Below are positions 34,326 through 42,952 of a DNA stretch of 64,000 bases, in pieces. Positions within the stretch are counted from its first letter, which is position 1; every line of letters begins with the position of its first letter. The translations under genes and the position numbers were made by a program. The notes below the pieces were generated by a model that was not told where the DNA came from, did not search any database, and was given only the letters and a program-made list of their open reading frames with translations. Source of the stretch: an uncultured archaeon (lineage in GTDB: Archaea; Asgardarchaeota; Heimdallarchaeia; Heimdallarchaeales; Kariarchaeaceae). The DNA lies in assembly GCA_964645535.1 (NCBI GenBank), contig CAZYCQ010000009.1:6536-70535 (forward strand), given 5' to 3'.

Positions 34326-35831
34326 ATGAAAAGGATAGGATTAATCTCATTTACCCTGTTCGCACTCATGTTGCTTTCTACAAGCAACATTTCTGTTGTT
34401 GCGGATACCATTCCAGTTAAGGTGGTTACTCCACAACAGTCGAATGTACTGACGATTGCCACACGGCATGACAGCATAATCTATACTGCATTTGCAGAAG
34501 AATTTGCAAAGTCCTCTTATGGCCAATCTGTCGGTATTACCGATCCGTCTCAAGTTCATTTCTTGACACCCACCACATTTGAGGCTTTCTACAAGGCAAT
34601 GACTGATCCAACTTTTGCCGTAAGCCTTGGTTGGGGTGGAGGCCCTACTCTTTTCAATAACCTTATTGCTGAAGGTGCGGTTTCACCCATTACTGACCCT
34701 ACTACTGTAGCTGCTATCAATGATGCCGTTCCTGACACTCTTGCAGGTGCTGAAATGAAAAAGTTCGATGACAATGGCGACATGCTTTGGGCGGCAAATG
34801 CCATTTCCTCATTCGGTTTTACAGTCAACCATGATGTCCTTGAAGCAAGGAACCTTACCGTTCCAAAAACTTGGGAGGATCTTGCAAGCCCTGACTTCTT
34901 TACGAATTTGGCGCAACCGAATGTTGGTATGGGAAATGCCCCTGACACTACCAGCAATACCCGAATTTACCAAATCATCCTTCAACGTTATGGTTGGGAT
35001 CGTGGATGGGAAATTATTTATCAAATGGCTGCCAATGGAAAAATCTATGGTGGTTCTGTTGAAACAAGATCTTCCGTGATTGAAGGCGAAGTGGCTGCTG
35101 CAATGACCATTGACTTCTACGGAGTCATTGCAATGCAGGAAAACCCTCGAACCGAATACATTGTTCCAGAAAATGCCTCAATCGTCAATGGTGATCCGAT
35201 TGCCATGGCAAAGAACCCTGCAAATCCTGATGCTGCAAATGCCTTTCTCCAATTTCTCTTCTCTAAAGAAGGTCAATCAATTTGGTTGAGGGACAATATC
35301 AACAGGCTACCTATAAGGGAAGATGCCTTTGACACTCCTATTGGTCAAACACGTCCCGACATTCATGATCTTTACAATAGGACACTTTCCAACCAAGGGA
35401 TTGAATTTAATGAGAGTTTGGCACTTTCCTTGGAGGAACCCATGCGATCTCACTTCGAAGCAACGATAACGGATGTACACACCAAACATCGAAACACGTG
35501 GAACCTGATGATTCAAGGACTACGAAGTGGAAACTTGACTGAGGAAAAATTTGAAGAACTCCGCAAAGAATTCACCAAGCCCGCTATGACCATGGAGGAG
35601 GCAATTGCTATGAATGATCAGTTCCTCTCCGATCAATCATTCCAAAGAGATAAGAAGAAAGAATGGAGGGACTTCGCAAATTCAAAACTGGATTCCATCA
35701 GTAATGAACTGGGTGGACAAGGTATTTCTGATACACAGGTCACCAATGTTCCCTATCCCTCCGTTGGTTTCATATTTGCCTTCCTCAATCTGGTCATGGC
35801 TATCTTCATCACACGAAAACGAAAGAATTAA
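34326..35831 (+). CDS. ABC transporter substrate-binding protein (family 1), C-terminally anchored
   Basis: Signal peptide, a periplasmic-binding-protein-like body (WGGGPTLF...), and tail VGFIFAFLNLVMAIFITRKRKN. Confidence 0.7.
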   Translation: MKRIGLISFTLFALMLLSTSNISVVADTIPVKVVTPQQSNVLTIATRHDSIIYTAFAEEFAKSSYGQSVGITDPSQVHFLTPTTFEAFYKAMTDPTFAVSLGWGGGPTLFNNLIAEGAVSPITDPTTVAAINDAVPDTLAGAEMKKFDDNGDMLWAANAISSFGFTVNHDVLEARNLTVPKTWEDLASPDFFTNLAQPNVGMGNAPDTTSNTRIYQIILQRYGWDRGWEIIYQMAANGKIYGGSVETRSSVIEGEVAAAMTIDFYGVIAMQENPRTEYIVPENASIVNGDPIAMAKNPANPDAANAFLQFLFSKEGQSIWLRDNINRLPIREDAFDTPIGQTRPDIHDLYNRTLSNQGIEFNESLALSLEEPMRSHFEATITDVHTKHRNTWNLMIQGLRSGNLTEEKFEELRKEFTKPAMTMEEAIAMNDQFLSDQSFQRDKKKEWRDFANSKLDSISNELGGQGISDTQVTNVPYPSVGFIFAFLNLVMAIFITRKRKN

Positions 35832-35893
35832 TTGACATTACCTTAATTTCATTCATTTTCTAGAGCTTGAAAAGAAGAATTATAAAATAGTGA

Positions 35894-37789
35894 TTGACAG
35901 ACCAATTAGCCGATTTGGTGCCCGCAATGATGACAAGAGAAAAAATGTCAACAGTTTTTGAGAGAGTATTTGGAAAAATCAAAACCCAATTCCGAAATGA
36001 TCCCCTTTCATGGTCCGTTATCTTTGGCATTTCTGGATTTTTCTTCATATTTTTGGTTTTGCCCTTGATTTACGTGACAATAAATGCGGTCTATTTCCAT
36101 GGGAGAGTTAGCCTTGAAGTTTTTGGAGATGTATTTTCAGATCCAAAATTTTTTGATCCTTCCCCTTCCCCTGATGAATATTTTATTCAAATATTCAATC
36201 CAGAAGGTGGTGGTCCAACCGTAATAACTACTTCTGGATTTGATTTCGGTATTATTCTTAACACTCTGATCATTGGATTTGCAACAACTTTACTTTCATT
36301 GTTTTTGGGCATCTTGACTGCATTTCTGATGGCTCGTGTGGACTTTCCCGGCAAACGAATCATCAGCGGGCTTCTACTCATTCCCCTTGTTCTCCCTCCA
36401 TTTGTAAGTGGAATTGGATTTCGGGCATTGTTTGGTCCAGAAATCGGTCTAATCAATAATAAATTTCTGATTCCCTTGTTCGGTTTTGAACTTCGGCTAG
36501 AAGGACTTGTTGCCATTATTTTGGTTCAATCACTCCACTATTTCACATTGATTTATCTCAACGTCTTTTCCGCCCTAATGAATGCTGATCCTTCAATGGA
36601 AGAAAGTGCCGAAAATTTGGGTGCAGATCGGCTGACCGTCACCCGCAAGGTGACCATCCCTCTTGCTATGCCCGGCATCATTTCCGGAAGTATTCTGGTC
36701 TTCATTTTGGCAATGGAGGATCTTGGTACTCCAATTATTTTTGCGGGTTTCGGTGATTCTGTTGCCAAGTCAACTGTCACATATTACATCAGTACAAATA
36801 TCTTTGCAAGCCCCGAATCAAGCGAGATTGTACAAGATAGTGCTGCCCTCGGTGTTATCCTTCTAATCTCTGCAATCATTGGTTTCGTTTTCCTAAGAAA
36901 ATATGTATCTTTAAGAGAGTATTCAATGGTCAGTAAGGGTCGTGCTGGTGAATTCAGAACCTTCAAAACTGGTGTTCTTTCTAGGGTGGTTATCTATCTA
37001 TATTTCATGTTTCTTCTCTTTATTTCAACATTGCCTCATATCGGAATCATTTACAAATCCTTTACAACAGCAGGGGAAGGAAAATTCACCTTGGAATTTT
37101 ACCAAGTGATTTTTTCATCAAGTGAATCCAGCGGTCTAGCCATGAACCTTCGCAATACCCTTGTTTATAGTGGTGTTGCCACTGTTCTCATCGTAATTTT
37201 AGCGACCCTTGCGGGTTATGTTGCCAACAGGAAGAAATTCTATGGGCAAGGGATCTTTGACACCCTAGTCACCATACCTATTGCTATTCCTGGAATTGTG
37301 TTGGGTATCGGTTTCATAAGGATGTTCGGGAGTTTCCCCACCAATTGGGGAATTTTCACGTTAAATCCCCTTGCATTCCCGCCAACACTTCTTATTATAA
37401 GCTATACCGTTAGGAAATTCCCGTTCACGGTACGGGCCGTCTTTGCGGGACTTCAACAGACAAATGTGGTTCTGGAGGAAGCTGCGGAAAATCTTGGAGC
37501 TTCTAAGCCTCGCGTGCTTTCCCGGGTCATCATTCCCTTGATTGCCATGAACATTGTTGGAGGTGCCTTGGTTTCAATGGTATATACCATGAGTGAGGTG
37601 AGTACGACCTTGATACTCATCACTCAACCAAATTATGGGAACATAGTTTACAAACTGGCCGATATCTCCACAGGAAAGATTGGTGTTTTTGCGGCTCTCG
37701 GTGTTTTATTGATGATACTTCAGTCGATTAGCCTGATTGCAACCAACTTCCTTCTAAGGAATAGGGCAGAGGCTCTCACAGGAATTTAA
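35894..37789 (+). CDS. ABC transporter permease, duplicated (two BPD-type domains, FbpB/ThiP/PotBC-like)
   Basis: About 12 TM segments with two EAA-like loops (EESAENLGADRLTV, EEAAENLGASKPRV). TTG 35894 or ATG 35927 start. Confidence 0.8.
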   Translation: MTDQLADLVPAMMTREKMSTVFERVFGKIKTQFRNDPLSWSVIFGISGFFFIFLVLPLIYVTINAVYFHGRVSLEVFGDVFSDPKFFDPSPSPDEYFIQIFNPEGGGPTVITTSGFDFGIILNTLIIGFATTLLSLFLGILTAFLMARVDFPGKRIISGLLLIPLVLPPFVSGIGFRALFGPEIGLINNKFLIPLFGFELRLEGLVAIILVQSLHYFTLIYLNVFSALMNADPSMEESAENLGADRLTVTRKVTIPLAMPGIISGSILVFILAMEDLGTPIIFAGFGDSVAKSTVTYYISTNIFASPESSEIVQDSAALGVILLISAIIGFVFLRKYVSLREYSMVSKGRAGEFRTFKTGVLSRVVIYLYFMFLLFISTLPHIGIIYKSFTTAGEGKFTLEFYQVIFSSSESSGLAMNLRNTLVYSGVATVLIVILATLAGYVANRKKFYGQGIFDTLVTIPIAIPGIVLGIGFIRMFGSFPTNWGIFTLNPLAFPPTLLIISYTVRKFPFTVRAVFAGLQQTNVVLEEAAENLGASKPRVLSRVIIPLIAMNIVGGALVSMVYTMSEVSTTLILITQPNYGNIVYKLADISTGKIGVFAALGVLLMILQSISLIATNFLLRNRAEALTGI

Positions 37790-37799
37790 GGTGGTACGA

Positions 37800-38876
37800 A
37801 TGGTCGAGCTCACACTCAAAAATGTCAATATTTTTTATGATGATTTTCATGCCGTGAAGGATGTCAACCTCACGGTCAACGATTCTGAAATAGTAACTCT
37901 TTTAGGGCCAAGTGGTTGTGGAAAAACAACCCTGCTCCGTTCAATCGCAGGTTTCATCATTCCTAAATCTGGAAAGATTTTGGTCAATGGTGAGGACATC
38001 ACGGAAGTGCCCCCCCGAAAACGAGAAATGGGCATGATTTTCCAAAACTATGCTCTCTGGCCCCACATGACCATTGAGGAAAATGTAGGCTTCGGTCTTA
38101 AAATAAGAGGTGTTCCCACAGAAGAAATCAGGAAAAAGGTTGCACAATTACTGAAACAGGTACAACTTGAAGGACAGGAGAAAAAATACCCAACACAGCT
38201 CAGTGGCGGTCAACAGCAACGTGTTGCACTTATTCGTGCTCTAGCCATCGAACCTGTTGTCCTTCTGTGTGATGAACCTCTTTCCAACTTAGACTATAAA
38301 TTAAGAGTCGAACTTCGAACTGAAATCCGAGATGTTGCAAAACGAGTTGGCGTTACTGTCGTTTATGTAACTCATGACCAGACTGAGGCTTTGGCAATTT
38401 CAGACCGAATTGCAGTTATCAATAAAGGTCAGATAGAACAGGTTGGCACTCCTCTAGAGATTTTTCACGATCCTGAAAATCTCTTTGTTGCCACGTTCAT
38501 TGGCGAATCAAATGTCCTCCAAGGAACTGTGGAAGAGCAATCCGATGAGGGTGTGAAGATCAGGCTTGATGCTGGCGGGATTGTTACTGTCCCCATAACC
38601 GCTGTATCCAAAGGTGAAAAAGTTACTGTAATGACCAGATATGATGGCTTTTCCCTCGGCGAAGGAACAAATACTTTTTCCGGAATAGTTAAGCATAAGT
38701 CTTTTATGGGTACCTACATGCAGTTTGAAATTGAATTGCAACCAAATGTCACCATCTTCTACAACGAACCAGATGCTATAGCGGTGAAGGATATAAATGA
38801 AGGTGACAATATTTCTGTCTCAATGCCAAGTGACCAAATCCTAGTCTTCGATTCTGAAGGGAAACGAATACGGTGA
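37800..38876 (+). CDS. ABC transporter ATP-binding protein with C-terminal TOBE-like domain (PotA/FbpC-type)
   Basis: GPSGCGKTT, LSGGQQQRVAL, LLCDEPLS, VTHDQ. ATG 37800 is preceded by AAGGTGG; the tracked ORF starts at GTG 37791. Confidence 0.9.
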   Translation: MVELTLKNVNIFYDDFHAVKDVNLTVNDSEIVTLLGPSGCGKTTLLRSIAGFIIPKSGKILVNGEDITEVPPRKREMGMIFQNYALWPHMTIEENVGFGLKIRGVPTEEIRKKVAQLLKQVQLEGQEKKYPTQLSGGQQQRVALIRALAIEPVVLLCDEPLSNLDYKLRVELRTEIRDVAKRVGVTVVYVTHDQTEALAISDRIAVINKGQIEQVGTPLEIFHDPENLFVATFIGESNVLQGTVEEQSDEGVKIRLDAGGIVTVPITAVSKGEKVTVMTRYDGFSLGEGTNTFSGIVKHKSFMGTYMQFEIELQPNVTIFYNEPDAIAVKDINEGDNISVSMPSDQILVFDSEGKRIR

Positions 38877-38881
38877 AAAAT

Positions 38882-39349
38882 ATGAAGACAGTTTTTGTCA
38901 AAGAGTTAAGCATGTGGCTTTATGACCAACTCATTACTCTTTGGACGGAAGCCAATCTTCCATTCAAACCTAAAGGAAGGGACAGTTATCGATCTCTAAG
39001 CAATCGGCTGGAACAAACCAGTACATGGTTGATGGTGGCCATTGATGATACCGATAATATACATGAGCTTGAACTTAAGGATGGGTTAATTGGAGCAGTC
39101 ATTGTCACTCATGACGGGCAAAGGGGATGGATCAACCGATTGGCAATCCATCCAAAACACAGAAAGAAAGGTTATGCAAAACACCTTCTCGAAAAATGTG
39201 AACAATTCCTCAGAACCCAGGGCATTTACCTTTTTGCAGCATTGGTGGAAAAAACCAATGTCCCTTCATTGAACCTGTTTCAATCCTCCGGATACAGGGT
39301 GCATGATGAACTTTTGTACCTCTCCAAACGCGATTCAATGGATTACTGA
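38882..39349 (+). CDS. GNAT-family N-acetyltransferase
   Basis: GWINRLAIHPKHRKKGYAKHLLEKCEQFLRTQG (acetyl-CoA binding motif A). Alternative GTG start at 38873 overlaps the upstream TGA. Confidence 0.75.
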   Translation: MKTVFVKELSMWLYDQLITLWTEANLPFKPKGRDSYRSLSNRLEQTSTWLMVAIDDTDNIHELELKDGLIGAVIVTHDGQRGWINRLAIHPKHRKKGYAKHLLEKCEQFLRTQGIYLFAALVEKTNVPSLNLFQSSGYRVHDELLYLSKRDSMDY

Positions 39350-39391
39350 AAAAGGAAAAATATTCCTACGAATAGTCAAAGAATAGAATGC

Positions 39392-39583
39392 TTAGTTTGT
39401 CTCTACGTTTTCCGTAAAAAAATAAGTCTTTGAGATGTCGTCTAAAAGGGCAGATATTGATGATTTCCGCCATTTTGTCCATTTTTGTCCATCGGTTACA
39501 CATTTGTCCACTAGACTTAATGTAATTCGGAAAGAATCTAAGAATGTCGAACGAAACCCTTGAAAATCGTTCGCCGTCTCCAT
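39392..39583 (-). CDS. hypothetical 63-aa protein (weak)
   Basis: Only an ORF in an otherwise 343-nt gap, with no motif. Contains the TTTGTCCA repeats. Confidence 0.25.
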   Translation of the reverse strand: METANDFQGFRSTFLDSFRITLSLVDKCVTDGQKWTKWRKSSISALLDDISKTYFFTENVETN

Positions 39584-39692
39584 TGTTTGTTCAGGGTCGA
39601 GTTCTCTCGGCCTACTTAAAATGAATGAGCTACTGCAATGTATTTTTTGTTCTTAAAACAATAATTATCTACTCGAATCCTTTCTCAAACAT

Positions 39693-40097
39693 ATGGAAAG
39701 AACGCTCCAACGCTTTGACTTTTCTGGTATCCCAACCAAAGATGGTTATAGTTTGAATTTAAGTGGAATCGTAAGTCGCTTGGAAGGGTTAAATGGCTCA
39801 TTCGAAAGGTTGCAGAACATTTTCTCTAATTTTTTTTCGAGATATGATCTCATGGATCTTCTTCCAATAATCGAAGAAAGAAATGAAACTGGATTGGTCT
39901 TAACAAATGAGATTAAAACAAAATGCCAAGAAGAAGGTCTTCCTGTAAAAGAGCTCAAAATAATTATTTTATCGACCTCACGTAATGGATTGGTTTCATC
40001 TTCTGGTGGCTCATCCCAAAAGTTTGATACAAAACAACTCGAAAATATGACTGTCAAGAAGAAAAAGTCTATCTTCTCCAAACTGTTCAGAAGGTGA
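39693..40097 (+). CDS. hypothetical protein with MinD-like C-terminal amphipathic helix
   Basis: No recognisable domain. C-terminus KKKKSIFSKLFRR resembles membrane-targeting amphipathic helices (compare MinD KKGFLKRLFGG). Confidence 0.4.
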   Translation: MERTLQRFDFSGIPTKDGYSLNLSGIVSRLEGLNGSFERLQNIFSNFFSRYDLMDLLPIIEERNETGLVLTNEIKTKCQEEGLPVKELKIIILSTSRNGLVSSSGGSSQKFDTKQLENMTVKKKKSIFSKLFRR

Positions 40098-40098
40098 T

Positions 40099-40698
40099 TT
40101 GATGCCAGAAAAATTTTCGGGATATATTGAACGCACTCCTGCATTAACAATTTTAGGGGGTTTTCTATCAAATTATTACAATGGATTAATCTTGATTCTT
40201 TTTGTAACCTTCTTGACTTTCTCTTTGTTGATCAATTCTGGATTGAATCTTGTGACTGGAGTATTCACCGTTTTCTTTTCAATTCCTGTCTTTCTTTTTG
40301 CCCATTTCCGACTTGTCATGCGGGGGAGAAAGGTAATGAAAAAAACATGGCAACTCCAGGTAGACATGGATGAGCATATCTTGAAATATGAAACCGGTTA
40401 TCCCAATATCATGAAACCAAAACATGTTGAATTGGAATTGGATGACATCACGCAACTGGAAGTCAGAGGAAATGAAACCTTTGGATACTTCTTAGAGTTC
40501 CAGACTAAAGAAAACCAAGAAAAAATGAAGAAAGCTCAATCCCTCAAGGAGAAAATGGCAATTGAACGGTACCAACTTGGACTGTGGCGAGACGTTGAAG
40601 ATGCTAAGGAGTTTGGGAATCGTCTTTCAACCCTCATATCCAAGCCAATTGAGCAATATTACGATAAAGGGCAACCCCATGAAATTCCTTCTTCATAG
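40099..40698 (+). CDS. membrane protein (2 TM) with soluble C-terminal domain, unknown function
   Basis: Two long hydrophobic helices, then ~110 aa of charged domain. TTG 40099 or ATG 40102, 1 nt after the upstream stop. Confidence 0.45.
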   Translation: MMPEKFSGYIERTPALTILGGFLSNYYNGLILILFVTFLTFSLLINSGLNLVTGVFTVFFSIPVFLFAHFRLVMRGRKVMKKTWQLQVDMDEHILKYETGYPNIMKPKHVELELDDITQLEVRGNETFGYFLEFQTKENQEKMKKAQSLKEKMAIERYQLGLWRDVEDAKEFGNRLSTLISKPIEQYYDKGQPHEIPSS

Positions 40699-40757
40699 TT
40701 TCCTTTACTCAAAAGAAACAAATATTAGCATGAATGCCTACTTGACAATTAGGAAAT

Positions 40758-41966
40758 ATGCCGATCGAAGATGAAGAGGACCTAGGGATCAACAACCAAG
40801 ATACCTCTTATTTATTAAGTTATACTCGTCATCTAGAACGTCAAACAAGACGTCTGGAAAAGGAGAAGCAGGTTGTTGAGGGAGAACGCCTTCGCCTCCA
40901 AAGGGAGGTAAACAACATCCGAAGTGAATTGGAGAGGTTAAGATCCCCCCCTCTTTTTGCGGGTACCTTGATCAAGTATCTAGGTGACAACAAGGCTCTT
41001 GTGAAATCAAGTACTGGCCCTCAATTGGTTGTAAATGTTAGTGCCAAAATTGACCCCGAAGAACTCCAACCCAATGTGACAGTCGCCATGAACCAACGTT
41101 CATTCGCAATTGTGGACGTTCTTCCCAAAAATCATGATCCAGTTATTCAAGCAATGGAGGTTGAAACAAAGCCAAAGGAGACTTATGCTGATATTGGCGG
41201 TCTGACAGATCAAATCCAACAAATCCGTGAAGTAGTTGAACTTCCATTGAAAAAGCCTGAGCTTTTCGAAAAGGTTGGTGTTGTCCCTCCCAAAGGCATT
41301 CTTCTCTATGGCCCTCCTGGCACCGGAAAAACACTTCTTGCCAAGGCTGTAGCCCATGAAACGAACGCCACCTTTATCCGGATTATTGCCTCGGAATTAG
41401 TTCAAAAATTCATTGGTGAAGGTGCTCGATTAGTTCGAGAAGTCTTTGAATTTGCCATTGAACATTCTCCCAGTATCATTTTCATAGATGAATTGGACGC
41501 AATAGGTTCCAAGAGACTTGAAATTGCTACAAGTGGAGACCGAGAAGTTCAAAGAACGTTGATGCAGTTGCTCTCCAGCATGGATGGTTTCGAACCCCGT
41601 GGCAATGTTCGTGTCATTGCAGCTACAAATAGGCCAGATATCTTAGATTCTGCACTGTTGCGTCCCGGGCGTTTTGATAGACTTATTGAAGTTCCTCCTG
41701 CCGACAAGAAAGGAAGAAGAGAAATATTCCAAGTGCACCTTCGTGGATTGAATATTCCCGAAGATCTTAATCTTGATTATCTGGTAAATGAATCTGAAGG
41801 CTTTTCAGGTGCAGAAATCCGTAATGTCTGCATAGAGGCTGGAATGTTTGCAATCAGAAACGACCGTGACTATATTACTATACACGATTTTCAGAAAGCG
41901 TTTGAGAAGATCAAATTTGAGCGTAGCAAAAATAGCACCCCTCAATTCGTTGAAAACTTTGCCTAA
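40758..41966 (+). CDS. pan: proteasome-activating nucleotidase (AAA+ ATPase)
   Basis: N-terminal coiled coil, OB region, GPPGTGKTLLAKAVA, IIFIDELDA, second-region-of-homology ATNRPDILDSALLRPGRFD. C-terminus ...ENFA (HbYX-like with Phe). Confidence 0.93.
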   Translation: MPIEDEEDLGINNQDTSYLLSYTRHLERQTRRLEKEKQVVEGERLRLQREVNNIRSELERLRSPPLFAGTLIKYLGDNKALVKSSTGPQLVVNVSAKIDPEELQPNVTVAMNQRSFAIVDVLPKNHDPVIQAMEVETKPKETYADIGGLTDQIQQIREVVELPLKKPELFEKVGVVPPKGILLYGPPGTGKTLLAKAVAHETNATFIRIIASELVQKFIGEGARLVREVFEFAIEHSPSIIFIDELDAIGSKRLEIATSGDREVQRTLMQLLSSMDGFEPRGNVRVIAATNRPDILDSALLRPGRFDRLIEVPPADKKGRREIFQVHLRGLNIPEDLNLDYLVNESEGFSGAEIRNVCIEAGMFAIRNDRDYITIHDFQKAFEKIKFERSKNSTPQFVENFA

Positions 41967-42057
41967 GACTAGCTGGCTATAACAATTAGAGGACAATTTA
42001 AGCACTCATTTTCGTTAAGAGGATTAAACTTAAACACAAACAAGAATACCATAAATC

Positions 42058-42948
42058 GTGAAAGATTTTGTGGTTGATCATCTTCCGGGGTCTATTGTCC
42101 GCTTTTTCTCTAGACCGTATGTGGGGGGATATGGAATCGATGCTGCATTGAAGAAAGCAGAAGAGTTGTGGACAAATGAAAGAATCTCGACAACTCTTGA
42201 TCTATTGGGTGAATTCGTCAAAACCAAAGAAGAAGTAGAGAACACTGTATCAATCTACAAAGATGTTTTTGACAGAATCAAGGACAAAAACGATCATATC
42301 TCTGTTTCCATTAAACTTTCTGCATTGGGAATTTTATTTGACCGAGAATACTGTGAATCAAAACTTGAAGAATTGCTGAAGGTTGCCGATGAACGTGGTA
42401 TCAAGGTTACTATGGATATGGAGGATTCTTCCCTGACAGAAACCACGTTGGAAATCTATCGGAAATTTGTCCAAACATATCCGTCTTTCGGTACTGTTCT
42501 TCAAAGCAGATTGTTTAGGACAAGGGAAGACATTGAACGATTTAAGGACATCAAGGGCCGTTTCCGTATCTGCATTGGAATTTACAATGAACCTCCTGAT
42601 ATCTCTCTGACAGATAAGAAAGAAATGAAGGAGAAGTTGCTCGAATATGCTAAGATGCTTTTGGAATCTGGTCATTACACCGAAATTGCCACTCATGACA
42701 AAACAACAATTGAACGGGCAAAAGAGATCGTCAAAGATTATCCTCCCTCTCAGTTCGAGTTTCAGCAGCTCTTGGGTGTTCCCTTGCTTTCTGTGCAAAG
42801 GGAGCTTGTACGGTTGGGATACACTGTCAGACTTTATCTCCCGTTTGTGATCAACAAAAAAGATGCAACAGCCTATTTGAAAAGAAGAATGAAGGAAAAT
42901 CCACACATGACCATTTATGTATTGAAAAACCTTCTAAGATTGAATTGA
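42058..42948 (+). CDS. proline dehydrogenase family protein
   Basis: ISTTLDLLGE, FRICIGIYNEP, EIATHD, FEFQQLLGV and RLYLPF follow the PRODH barrel pattern. GTG start. Confidence 0.7.
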   Translation: MKDFVVDHLPGSIVRFFSRPYVGGYGIDAALKKAEELWTNERISTTLDLLGEFVKTKEEVENTVSIYKDVFDRIKDKNDHISVSIKLSALGILFDREYCESKLEELLKVADERGIKVTMDMEDSSLTETTLEIYRKFVQTYPSFGTVLQSRLFRTREDIERFKDIKGRFRICIGIYNEPPDISLTDKKEMKEKLLEYAKMLLESGHYTEIATHDKTTIERAKEIVKDYPPSQFEFQQLLGVPLLSVQRELVRLGYTVRLYLPFVINKKDATAYLKRRMKENPHMTIYVLKNLLRLN

Positions 42949-42952
42949 TTTT

